Virus record (IMG/VR): IMGVR_UViG_3300021335_000009
Span: 1 to 64,000 of that record
Reading direction: 5' to 3' (one strand)
Length of the DNA stretch: 64,000 nt
Source: a virus
Numbering within the stretch: position 1 is the stretch's first letter; each line of letters opens with the position of its first letter. Below are positions 1 to 8,265 of this stretch, one piece after another. The notes under the pieces are model-generated. The model ran no database searches. It had not been told where the DNA came from and saw nothing but the letters and a program-made list of their open reading frames with translations. Position numbers and translations under genes: made by a program.

Positions 1-112
1 TTCTGTTTTTATAAAAATGCTTAAATGTGGCGCGAGCTGTTAAAATGCCAATAGGCATCCATCCGTAATCTAACAGCAGCGTTGTGCGGTCATTGGGTTT
101 TGTTTTATTCAT
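1..112 (-). CDS. 5' part of a probable HNH endonuclease-family protein (runs off window start)
   Basis: Minus-strand ATG at 112, open to position 1: MNKTKPNDRTTLLLDYGWMPIGILTARATFKHFYKNR. Resembles the 'LLLn..y.P..i....Af' N-terminus of McrA-like HNH proteins; the HNH motif itself is outside the window. Confidence 0.45.
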   Translation of the reverse strand, partial: MNKTKPNDRTTLLLDYGWMPIGILTARATFKHFYKNR

Positions 113-656
113 TTTTTAAAAAAATACAAGTTGAGTCACGAACATAAGAAAACCCATAGATTTTAGCGCTCCCATAAACCTTAGCATTCTCATAAACCTT
201 GGCATTCCCATAGATTTTAGCACTCCCATAAACCTTAGAATTTCCAGAGATCCAAGCTTGTTCAGAAACATTAGATTTTCCATAGATTTTAGTGCTCCCT
301 TGTATCCAAGCGTTTCCATAGGTCTTAGCCCACCCATAAACCCGAGCTCGTCCAGAAACACGAACGCTTCCATAAACCCGAGCTTTTCCAGAGACACGAG
401 CTTTTCCAGAGACCCGAGCATTTCCATAGACCCGAGCGTTCCCATAGACCCGAGCGTTCCCATAGACCCGAGCGTTCCCATAGACCCGAGCATTTACACA
501 AATCCAACAAAAACCTTCTTGAGAAAGATTTTTTTCGCTTTGCACAAAGCCTCCCAAATCTCCTTTTTTAATATCGCCGAAGTCTTTTAAAGCTTCGATT
601 CTGTAAAGAGTTTTGTTTCTTATAGTTCTTGTTTCGTTTGTCAGTTTGTATTTCAT
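105..656 (-). CDS. Hexapeptide-repeat (beta-helix) phage protein, paralog 1 (basic repeats)
   Basis: N-domain MKYKLT...LYRIEALKDFG..KKGDLGGFVQSEKNLSQEG followed by (V/I)YGNAR-type 6-aa repeats. Confidence 0.8.
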   Translation of the reverse strand: MKYKLTNETRTIRNKTLYRIEALKDFGDIKKGDLGGFVQSEKNLSQEGFCWICVNARVYGNARVYGNARVYGNARVYGNARVSGKARVSGKARVYGSVRVSGRARVYGWAKTYGNAWIQGSTKIYGKSNVSEQAWISGNSKVYGSAKIYGNAKVYENAKVYGSAKIYGFSYVRDSTCIFLKNE

Positions 657-676
657 TTTTAAAATTATTTAGAAAC

Positions 677-1189
677 TCAAGCTTCGTCAAAAACTTCAGC
701 TTTGCCAGAAACGCAAGTTTTGTCGAAAACCCGAGCCTCGTCAAAAACACGAGCTTTGTCAAAAACACGAGCTTCGCCAGAAACCCAAGCCTCTCCATAA
801 ACCCAAGCTTCTCCATAAACACGAGCTTCGTTAAAAACCTCAGCTTTGCCATAAATCCATGCTTCGTCATAAACACGAGCTTCTCCATAAACCAAAGCTT
901 TGCCATAAATCTGAACTTTGTCATAAATCCGAGCTCTGTCAAAAACCTGAGCTTCTCCAAAAACCTTAGCTTTTTCATAAACCCAAGCTCTGCCATAAAC
1001 ACGGGCTTCTCCAAAAACACAAGCTTCGTCAAAAACCCAACAAGAACCCTCTTGAGAAAGGTTTTTTTCGCTTTGCACAAAGCCTCCCAAATCTCCCTTT
1101 TTAACATTGCCGAAGTCTTTTAAGGCTTCGATTCTGTAAAGAGTTTTGCCAACCACAGTTTTCGTTTCGTTTGTAAGTTTGTATTTCAT
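677..1189 (-). CDS. Hexapeptide-repeat phage protein, paralog 2
   Basis: Same N-domain; VYGEAR/VFDKAR repeats. Confidence 0.8.
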   Translation of the reverse strand: MKYKLTNETKTVVGKTLYRIEALKDFGNVKKGDLGGFVQSEKNLSQEGSCWVFDEACVFGEARVYGRAWVYEKAKVFGEAQVFDRARIYDKVQIYGKALVYGEARVYDEAWIYGKAEVFNEARVYGEAWVYGEAWVSGEARVFDKARVFDEARVFDKTCVSGKAEVFDEA

Positions 1190-1197
1190 TTTTAAAA

Positions 1198-1920
1198 TTA
1201 TTTAGAAACCCAAGCTTCGCCAAAAACGTCAGCTTTGCCAGAAACACGATCTTTGCCAGCAACCCAAGCTTTGTCGAAAACCCGAACTTCTCCATAAACC
1301 TCAACTTCGTCAGAAACACGAGCTTCGTTAAAAACCTCAGCTTTGTCATAAACACGAGCTTCGTTAAAAACCTCAGCTTTGCCATAAATACAAGCTTTGC
1401 CATAAATACGAGCTTCTCCAAAAATACAAGCTTCGCCATAAATACAAGCTTCTCCAAAAACCCAAGCTTCGCCATAAATACGAGCTTTTGCACAAGCCAC
1501 AGCTTTGTCAGAAACCCAAGCTTTTCCAAAAACACAAGCCTCTCCATGAACCTCAGCTTCGCCAGAAACACGAGCTTCGCCAGAAACACGAGCTCTACCA
1601 GTAACCAGAGCTACTTCAAAAACATAAGCTTCGTTATAAATACGAGCTTCTCCATAAACACGAGCTTTGTCGAAAACCTTAGCTTTTTCATAAACCTCAG
1701 CTTTTTCATAAACCCAAGCTCCGCCAGAAACACGAGCTCCTTCAAAAACACAAGCTTCGTCATAAATCCAACAAAAACCCTCTTGAGAAAGGTTTTTTTC
1801 GCTTTGCACAAAGCCTCCCAAATCTCCTTTTTTAACGTTGCCGAAGTCTTTTAAAGCTTCGATTCTGTAAAGAGTTTTGTTTCTTATAGTTCTTGTTTCG
1901 CTTGTAAGTTTGTATTTCAT
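1198..1920 (-). CDS. Hexapeptide-repeat phage protein, paralog 3
   Basis: Same N-domain; start placed at ATG 1920 (MKYKLT) by homology to the two paralogs. Confidence 0.8.
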   Translation of the reverse strand: MKYKLTSETRTIRNKTLYRIEALKDFGNVKKGDLGGFVQSEKNLSQEGFCWIYDEACVFEGARVSGGAWVYEKAEVYEKAKVFDKARVYGEARIYNEAYVFEVALVTGRARVSGEARVSGEAEVHGEACVFGKAWVSDKAVACAKARIYGEAWVFGEACIYGEACIFGEARIYGKACIYGKAEVFNEARVYDKAEVFNEARVSDEVEVYGEVRVFDKAWVAGKDRVSGKADVFGEAWVSK

Positions 1921-1961
1921 TTTTTTATAAAAAACCAAAAAACAACATCTGTCAAGAAAAA

Positions 1962-2035
1962 TGGACTACTAAGTGAATTCTGCCATCACATCTCTTGGGT
2001 TGCAACCAAGCGCATAACTTTTCTGCCATTAGTAG
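1962..2035 (-). tRNA. tRNA-Cys(GCA), atypical T-arm
   Basis: Acceptor CTACTAA/TTAGTAG, U73, encoded CCA; anticodon arm CTTGG-TTGCAAC-CCAAG; T-loop GGCAGAA non-canonical. Confidence 0.8.
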
Positions 2036-2046
2036 CTTAAAAAAAA

Positions 2047-2121
2047 TGGTAGCCCATAAGAGACTCGAACTCTTTCCTCATCCTTGAAGGGGATGCGATC
2101 TACCTATAATACTAATGGGCC
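2047..2121 (-). tRNA. tRNA-Glu(TTC), C33 variant
   Basis: GGCCCAT/ATGGGCT-A-CCA; anticodon arm CATCC-CCTTCAA-GGATG; T-arm AAGAG-TTCGAGT-CTCTT. Confidence 0.8.
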
Positions 2122-2126
2122 TTAAA

Positions 2127-2201
2127 TGGGGGTTCCAGAGGCAATCGAAGCCTCAACTTGGGGTTACAAATCCCGTGTTTTGCCGCTTAAACTATAGAAC
2201 C
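2127..2201 (-). tRNA. tRNA-Thr(TGT), mismatched anticodon stem
   Basis: GGTTCTA/TGGAACC-C-CCA; CGGGA-TTTGTAA-CCCCA; T-arm GAGGC-TTCGATT-GCCTC. Confidence 0.7.
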
Positions 2202-2203
2202 AG

Positions 2204-2281
2204 TGGTGGAGAACGGTCGGAATCGAACCGACGACCTTCTGAGTGCAAATCAGACGCTCTACCAACGTGAGCTACGCCCCC
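2204..2281 (-). tRNA. tRNA-Ala(TGC)
   Basis: GGGGGCGTAGCTCA...TCTGA-TTTGCAC-TCAGA...GTCGG-TTCGATT-CCGAC...ACCA. Confidence 0.92.
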
Positions 2282-2285
2282 AAAA

Positions 2286-2361
2286 TGGTGGAAACTCAGG
2301 GAATTGAACCCTAACCTCTTCGTCTTCAGCGAAGCGTGCAGACCTGCTACACTAAGTTTCC
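2286..2361 (-). tRNA. tRNA-Phe(GAA)
   Basis: GGAAACT/AGTTTCC-A-CCA; CTTCG-CTGAAGA-CGAAG; GGTTCAATTCC. Confidence 0.9.
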
Positions 2362-2363
2362 AA

Positions 2364-2437
2364 TGGCATCGCAAGAAGGGCTTGAACCTTCACAAAGAGT
2401 TTTGGAGACTCTCGTGCTACCATTACACCATTGCGAT
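2364..2437 (-). tRNA. tRNA-Trp(CCA)
   Basis: ATCGCAA/TTGCGAT-G-CCA; AGAGT-CTCCAAA-ACTCT; GAAGG-TTCAAGC-CCTTC. Confidence 0.92.
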
Positions 2438-2447
2438 ATATAAAACT

Positions 2448-2486
2448 AAAAAGAACAAAAAACCCCAAGCTTTTGACTTGGGGCTT
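2448..2486 (-). terminator. Intrinsic terminator (attenuator) between leader ORF and tRNA operon
   Basis: Minus strand AAGCCCCAAG-TCAAAAG-CTTGGGGTT followed by TTTTGTTCTTTTT. Confidence 0.85.
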
Positions 2487-2511
2487 AATATGATTAAAAC
2501 AAAAAAATAAA

Positions 2512-2595
2512 TCACCGTTTCAAAATATTGCACCCCAAACAGAAACTACATTCTGCTGTCGCTGTGGTGGCCCATTCTGTAAATAATTGATTCAT
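2512..2595 (-). CDS. 27-aa attenuator leader peptide MNQLFTEWATTATAECSFCLGCNILKR
   Basis: ATG 7 nt after a TATAAT box; codons 5-16 are exclusively F/T/E/W/A/C, the amino acids of the six downstream tRNAs; 3' end forms an antiterminator arm. Confidence 0.8.
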   Translation of the reverse strand: MNQLFTEWATTATAECSFCLGCNILKR

Positions 2596-2602
2596 CGCTA
2601 AT

Positions 2603-2630
2603 ATTATACACGCAAAAATAAAAAAGTCAA
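2603..2630 (-). promoter_or_regulatory. Sigma70-type promoter of leader/tRNA operon
   Basis: TTGACT-N16-TATAAT on minus strand. Confidence 0.85.
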
Positions 2631-2681
2631 CATTAAAAATCTAAAAAATCACAAACAAAACAAAAAGGTGTAAAAAAAAAT

Positions 2682-4502
2682 ATGGTTACGGCTTCGGATG
2701 AGAGTTATATAATTTTGCAAAATACTTTGTTAACAGGTATAACAAACTTGTCTTTTAGCTATTCCTCAAATCAAGAGGCGACTTATCTTTTGTCCAACAA
2801 AGGGATAAATAGAAAAATAAACAGTCCTCAAGTAATCGATTGTTCTATACGAAAAAAATATTTAGGAAAAGACTTTTTAAAAGACTTGACGGGTTTTGCA
2901 GGATTGTCTGGACAATTTATTTATGGCCAAAATGCTTTAGATTTTAACGATGCTGCTATTTCTAGCTATTCTATAGCAATGAAAACAAATCAATTGCCCG
3001 AAATAAATATTAATTTAAAAATTTTTGGCGATCTATCTCCTACCACAAATCTAAGAAAAGCAACAGCTTTTGCAGATAATGATAATTTAAATTTGGGGCA
3101 GGATTCTATTTTTTTTAATTTTTTAAATAAAAACTCAGCGATTGATGATTTTTCTTTTTCGGCTAATTTTCAAATAGAGCCGACTTACGAAATAGAGTCT
3201 ATAAAATCTTCCAAGGTAAAAATTTTGCCGCCTGTTTCTTATTCTACTTCTGCTTCTATAGAAATGACAGAGCAAGAATACGAAGATGTGACAGGTCTTT
3301 TGCAAAATGAAAATTACGATAGGCAAGTTTCTTTATCCTTTGTTGATTTACAAGCTATAGAAAACGTACAAACAATAGAGCAGGAGTATTTGTCTTTTAC
3401 TGGTAGCGGATTAGAAACAGGCGTTTATAATTTAGAGTTTGATACGGGATTTGCCAATTTAGACACGTTTTCTTTTTCTAAATTTGGATTAAGCTCTCAA
3501 AACATTTCTATAACTCCAAGAGACACTATTAAGCTTAGTGTTTCTTATGATGGATATGATTTGTCTTTGCCTACTGGCAGCGCAAGTTCTGTTTCTTCTT
3601 TTGAGCATCCTTCAAGTGTTGTAAGCGGTATTCAGTCTCAAGTAGACTCTGCGATTCAACATTTTAAAGATTCATATTTCGATATTCCTAAAATTACGGG
3701 AGAAGATTTTGAAAACACTGTTGAAGAAAGACTGTTGTTAGAAAACGAATCGTTCTTGCTTTTAGAGAATGGGGACAGATTTGTTGGAAATTTTGTTTAT
3801 TCTGAGTACGCCTTAACTGGAGCTGAATATTCTGATAGTGGGTATATTTTTGATTTTAATCAAAGGTCTGTTATCCAAAAAGAAGATTTCGAATCTTTTG
3901 AAACGGGGCAAACAAATCAAAATTTACATTTTTTAGCTATAGATGGATTTACTATACAGGATTTCGAAACAGAAATTACAGGACAATTTAACAACCAAAT
4001 TCACGACTTAAATCCATTAATATTTGAACAAGACTTCGAAACAGAGCTCCAAGGAACTACTTTTAAAAATATATATAATTTAAACGAAGCTATGCAAATA
4101 GAGAGCTTTGAAGCTGAAGCTTTAGGGCTTACCAATAAAAATTTATATTATTTAGGATCAGTCACACTTTCTGTTAATCCTCCTGATCCTGAGCCTGAGC
4201 CTATTGACAGCGGAAACTGGCAAGAAGAGTCTATAGAATACTTTCATATAAACTCAGCGCCAAGCGGGGTAGAAAAAACATTTATAACAAATTCTTCTCT
4301 AGAAAGCGGATTTGTAGATAATTTTAGCCCTACTTTAATAAGTATTACAGAAGAAGACGGAAGCACTTCTCAAAAATATTTTTTGACTAAAAATGTAGGG
4401 GGATCGGCTTCCGAAAATATTCCCTCTGGATTTCAAGAAGAAACTATTAACTACGTAGATAACTCTCAATTTATTGAAAAAATATTCTTAACAAAACAAT
4501 AA
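2682..4502 (+). CDS. Putative tail/virion structural protein
   Basis: 606 aa; GTGTAA late motif 8 nt upstream; repeated (E/Q)DFExxxxG motifs and LLLENxxxLLLENGD motif typical of tail accessory proteins. Confidence 0.55.
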   Translation: MVTASDESYIILQNTLLTGITNLSFSYSSNQEATYLLSNKGINRKINSPQVIDCSIRKKYLGKDFLKDLTGFAGLSGQFIYGQNALDFNDAAISSYSIAMKTNQLPEININLKIFGDLSPTTNLRKATAFADNDNLNLGQDSIFFNFLNKNSAIDDFSFSANFQIEPTYEIESIKSSKVKILPPVSYSTSASIEMTEQEYEDVTGLLQNENYDRQVSLSFVDLQAIENVQTIEQEYLSFTGSGLETGVYNLEFDTGFANLDTFSFSKFGLSSQNISITPRDTIKLSVSYDGYDLSLPTGSASSVSSFEHPSSVVSGIQSQVDSAIQHFKDSYFDIPKITGEDFENTVEERLLLENESFLLLENGDRFVGNFVYSEYALTGAEYSDSGYIFDFNQRSVIQKEDFESFETGQTNQNLHFLAIDGFTIQDFETEITGQFNNQIHDLNPLIFEQDFETELQGTTFKNIYNLNEAMQIESFEAEALGLTNKNLYYLGSVTLSVNPPDPEPEPIDSGNWQEESIEYFHINSAPSGVEKTFITNSSLESGFVDNFSPTLISITEEDGSTSQKYFLTKNVGGSASENIPSGFQEETINYVDNSQFIEKIFLTKQ

Positions 4503-4518
4503 AAGTGTAAACAAAATT

Positions 4519-5373
4519 ATGTCAGGCGGAACAATTTATAAAAAACAAGTAATAAGTGGAGCTCAACAAGGAACTGGAGACAACAGTTTGATCATTGGGC
4601 CAAAGCACGCTTACCAAGTGCCTTTTTCCTTTGGGGATAATTGGGAAGAAATTAACATCGGTGCATTTTTTAGTGTAGTAAGCGGAGATTCTCTTAATTC
4701 TGGATTTGGCGTTTCAAACAAAATTTCAGGAGGAACCACAAACGACACATTTACATGGATAGGAATTACAAAAAACGCACAAACAAAAACTCTTCCTTTG
4801 GATGCTGCCAATCAAGGATTTGTAGGGTATAAAGCCGATACTATTTATTTTACAAATTCAAGTGGTAGTCAACACAATAGTCACCATTGTTATGTTTTAA
4901 ACGATTCCAATAGTCAGGCGGAAATAGTGTCTTCTTATGGGGAGTCTGTATTATATGATACTTTTTTTGGTTATAACAATGGACTTATTAATACTAGAGG
5001 ATACACTGACGGAACAGATGGCCCACAAAATTCTGGAAATTTTTGTTCATATTTTGGAATTAAATATACTGTAAACAACAAAGGAGCCTCTAATCAATCT
5101 ATTTCAATAGCAATGTGTAAGCCTAGCGGGTGGTTTGGTAATTTGCACCCTCTTGATGATGAAAATTTTTATTCTAATCCTAGTTCAGTCGAATTAAGAA
5201 GTTTATTAGATGGGGACCAAACAGAAGTAGGCCTTTCCACTCATGGTTTTATTCAAAATGGGGCGGCTATTGATTTGCCAGATTCTTTTTTCTTTTATAA
5301 TGGTTTTGACGAAAGCGCTAACGAAAACGTAAGGCCAAGAATACATGCCTGGGCCGTTAAAAAAATTAGATAA
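4519..5373 (+). CDS. Hypothetical virion protein
   Basis: 284 aa, G/S/N-rich, GTGTAA motif upstream. Confidence 0.5.
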   Translation: MSGGTIYKKQVISGAQQGTGDNSLIIGPKHAYQVPFSFGDNWEEINIGAFFSVVSGDSLNSGFGVSNKISGGTTNDTFTWIGITKNAQTKTLPLDAANQGFVGYKADTIYFTNSSGSQHNSHHCYVLNDSNSQAEIVSSYGESVLYDTFFGYNNGLINTRGYTDGTDGPQNSGNFCSYFGIKYTVNNKGASNQSISIAMCKPSGWFGNLHPLDDENFYSNPSSVELRSLLDGDQTEVGLSTHGFIQNGAAIDLPDSFFFYNGFDESANENVRPRIHAWAVKKIR

Positions 5374-6156
5374 ATGCCAACAGAAACACCCTTTAAAGCC
5401 TTGGGTCTCAAAAATGGGTTTCCAAATTACATATCTCAGGACGTAACAGATTATGACAGTTGGACGACGTTGAGCGGATGGAGTAAAACAAATCAACCAT
5501 CTACACAATCTGCACAATTAGCTAGCATTGAAGAATCAAGGCGACTAGCTATGCTATTATTTTGGAATTTAAGCGAAGTCACTGGAACATTAAATACGTC
5601 AAGCAATGAACATGGTGCATCTAGTTTAAATTCTTCAGGCATAACAGGTCAGCCAAAAAATAGAGTACACTTATCGTCTATTGCAAATTTTGCAGAAGAT
5701 GGCGACGAATATCCTACTCTTGGATCACATTCACAATTAGGAACATTTAGTAATGGTTTTAAAATAGCGGAGCTTTATAACAATTCTGTATTTGTTGGCT
5801 ATGGAGTTGATTATGGTTTTCAAGCTAGAACTGACGCTGCTGCTTATTTAATGAGAGTTGACTCTAGGGTGCAGTTACGTTCTTATTATTCATATACTGT
5901 GAACCAATATGAAGATAGAGCTTACGTAAATTTAACTATAAATAATAACACTTTTTATTTAGTTTGTACGGCAAGAGTATATACGCAGTCATGGCATTCT
6001 ACAGGAACTACAACTGTCAATAAAAATGCGGCTAATTTGTTAGCTGAAGGCACGGCAAGTAGGAAATTTCCACTAGAAAATGGTGAGTATGGTCCGCTTA
6101 CACAAGTAGCAACTTCTAAGGCTCAAATTAATTCTTTAAATTTTTACACTTATTGA
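5374..6156 (+). CDS. Hypothetical virion protein
   Basis: 260 aa ORF abutting the previous gene; S/T/N-rich. Confidence 0.5.
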   Translation: MPTETPFKALGLKNGFPNYISQDVTDYDSWTTLSGWSKTNQPSTQSAQLASIEESRRLAMLLFWNLSEVTGTLNTSSNEHGASSLNSSGITGQPKNRVHLSSIANFAEDGDEYPTLGSHSQLGTFSNGFKIAELYNNSVFVGYGVDYGFQARTDAAAYLMRVDSRVQLRSYYSYTVNQYEDRAYVNLTINNNTFYLVCTARVYTQSWHSTGTTTVNKNAANLLAEGTASRKFPLENGEYGPLTQVATSKAQINSLNFYTY

Positions 6157-6224
6157 CAATTAAAATTTTTTTGGCTTAAGCATTGTTTAGATTTAAAAAA
6201 ATATATTTTATATTATTATAAAAT

Positions 6225-6551
6225 ATGACTAAATTTTGTTTTAATTGCGGACACAAACTAGAGTATAAATTCAGCCCTCCTAATTTTTGCCCTAATTGCG
6301 GCCAAGCTATCAATAATGAAAGTAATAAAGCTCAACCAAAACAAGATGCTTTAAGAGCCTCTGAAGGGTCTAGAACAGTATCTGAAGATTCAGAGGGGTA
6401 CACAGACGCCGATTACGTTCCAAAAATTTCAAAACTGCAATACGAGCTGGATGATTTTGGCGCAAGTATTCAACATACAATAGGGTCTCTTGGAGGCAAA
6501 TCAGCTCCAAAAACCCACAAAGCAAACATTAAAAATATAAATGATTTGTGA
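6225..6551 (+). CDS. Zinc-ribbon domain protein
   Basis: FCFNCG...PNFCPNCG double CxxC. Confidence 0.75.
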   Translation: MTKFCFNCGHKLEYKFSPPNFCPNCGQAINNESNKAQPKQDALRASEGSRTVSEDSEGYTDADYVPKISKLQYELDDFGASIQHTIGSLGGKSAPKTHKANIKNINDL

Positions 6552-7222
6552 TGTATTCTTTTGAGGAAAAATTGCCTGAAATTGAAAAGGCTTTAGAGCG
6601 AAAAAGAATTAAATGGAACTTGGATGCTTTAAACTATATTGATTACGATGATATAAAACAAATCATAATGATCCACATTTATAAAAAGTGGCAATTATGG
6701 GATCAGTCTAAACCTATAGAACCTTGGCTAAGTAGAGTCGTTTCAAATCAATTTAAAAATCTACTAAGAAATCATTATGGCAATTATGCTAGACCTTGCT
6801 TAAGGTGTCCTTTTAATACAGGAGGAGGACATTGTTTAAAAACAAACAGCAAAAATCAAGACTCTTCTTGTGGTGAATATAAGCATTGGGAAAGTAAAAA
6901 AAAGATAGCATACAATATAAAATTAGCTGTCACAATGGAGCATCACTTTCATGAGCTTTTTGAAAAAAAAGACACTTTTCTTGATTTAGAAGGAGCTTCA
7001 AAAAAACTTTCAAAAGAAATAAAAAACGAATTAACGCCGAGACAGTTCAAGGCTTTTCAAATGCTTTTTATTGAAAACAAGACAGAAGAGCAAGTCGCCA
7101 AATATTTAGGTTTTAAAACTACCGAAAAAAAGAGATCCGCAGGCTACAAACAAATAAAAAATTTAAAAAAGATTTTTCAAGAGAAAGCTAAAGACTTAAT
7201 AAGAGAAAAAGACATTATATGA
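6548..7222 (+). CDS. Phage RNA polymerase sigma factor (likely late sigma)
   Basis: Region-2-like YDDIKQ..IHIYKKW..WD....EPWLSRVVSNQFKNLLR; C-terminal HTH (LTPRQ..AFQML......EEQVAKYLG); Cys-rich insert. Confidence 0.65.
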   Translation: MMYSFEEKLPEIEKALERKRIKWNLDALNYIDYDDIKQIIMIHIYKKWQLWDQSKPIEPWLSRVVSNQFKNLLRNHYGNYARPCLRCPFNTGGGHCLKTNSKNQDSSCGEYKHWESKKKIAYNIKLAVTMEHHFHELFEKKDTFLDLEGASKKLSKEIKNELTPRQFKAFQMLFIENKTEEQVAKYLGFKTTEKKRSAGYKQIKNLKKIFQEKAKDLIREKDII

Positions 7223-8265
7223 TAAAGTTAACAAAAGAACAGGAGCTTTTGGTTTTAGACACTTTTCAACAAACTCCAAATATTTTAGAAATCACACAAA
7301 TCGTTTTTAAAGACGAAAAACTTGATGGAAGATCTAAAGAAGGTAAAGCCGTAGCAAAGTTTTTGGCCAAAAATGGGCTAAAAGCGATAACAAGAAAAAA
7401 AGAAAAATTAGAAGACATTATTCTTACAAAAGATCAATTGGCCGAAATTGAAGATCTTAAATTAGAAAATTTTAATACATGTCAAATAGCAAATTCTATT
7501 TTTAAGAAAGATGTCGAAAAACTTTCTAAAGAATGGAGAGCTGTTAACGATATAGTCAATAAAGACAAACAAGAAGAAAGAGATACCTGTAGAGACTCTT
7601 CAGGGAAATATCTTCCACCTCACGCAATATCAAGATTAATAAAAAAAATTAATGATTCTAGCGGGTACGGCCTAGAAGAAAGAAGGCTTTCTCGTAATCA
7701 GAAACTATGCTGTGAAAAGTTAAGAATTAACCTTAGTAATTCTAGATTTGTTGCTATTGTAAATAATTACGAGGATGAAGTCGATAAGGAACTATTTGAA
7801 CAGGAATTTATAAGACTTACTTGGGATAAACCAGATCTTACCGCTGACGAAATAAATCTTTACATGAATGTCTCTAAAGAAATTATCAATCTAGAGTCAA
7901 TAACAAAGAATTTGCAAAAATTAAACGGCATGTTTGAAAGCGCTGAAGATCAAGACGAAATGACCGTTCGTTTGGCCGAAATTATTAAAGCAAAAAGTTC
8001 TGAATATCACCAATGTGAAAGCCGAATAGAAAACCTTACAAAAAAACTTCAAGGAGACAGAGGGGCAAGACTAGCAAACAAGGAAAAGTCAAGCTCTAGT
8101 TTCTTGTCTGTTGTTCAAACATTTCAAGAAGAAGAAGAAAGGCAAAACATGGTAAAAATTGCAGAAGCTCAAAAACAACTAATAAAAGAAGAAGCTTTAC
8201 GTTTAGAGGGAATGTCCGCATGGAAAGCTCGTGTCCTTGGAATAGGTATTGAAGATGTCTTATAG
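7219..8265 (+). CDS. Hypothetical coiled-coil protein, candidate terminase small subunit
   Basis: N-terminal HTH-like segments, C-terminal coiled coil, two genes upstream of TerL. Confidence 0.4.
   Translation: MIKLTKEQELLVLDTFQQTPNILEITQIVFKDEKLDGRSKEGKAVAKFLAKNGLKAITRKKEKLEDIILTKDQLAEIEDLKLENFNTCQIANSIFKKDVEKLSKEWRAVNDIVNKDKQEERDTCRDSSGKYLPPHAISRLIKKINDSSGYGLEERRLSRNQKLCCEKLRINLSNSRFVAIVNNYEDEVDKELFEQEFIRLTWDKPDLTADEINLYMNVSKEIINLESITKNLQKLNGMFESAEDQDEMTVRLAEIIKAKSSEYHQCESRIENLTKKLQGDRGARLANKEKSSSSFLSVVQTFQEEEERQNMVKIAEAQKQLIKEEALRLEGMSAWKARVLGIGIEDVL

Noticed and set aside
116-1854. Alternative-frame and antisense ORFs over the hexapeptide genes
   Set aside because: By-products of 18-bp periodicity lacking stops; no independent start signals
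677-2121. TGA=Trp recoding or opal suppressor (TGA aligned to TGG in paralog 2; the Glu loop CCTTCAA contains TCA)
   Set aside because: The perfect 5-bp stem fixes the anticodon as TTC, and TGA is a normal stop elsewhere (e.g. 6551, 7222, 55612 with start overlaps)
2192-2510. ORFs 2192-2374(-) and 2304-2510(+)
   Set aside because: Overlap tRNA genes and the terminator; spurious
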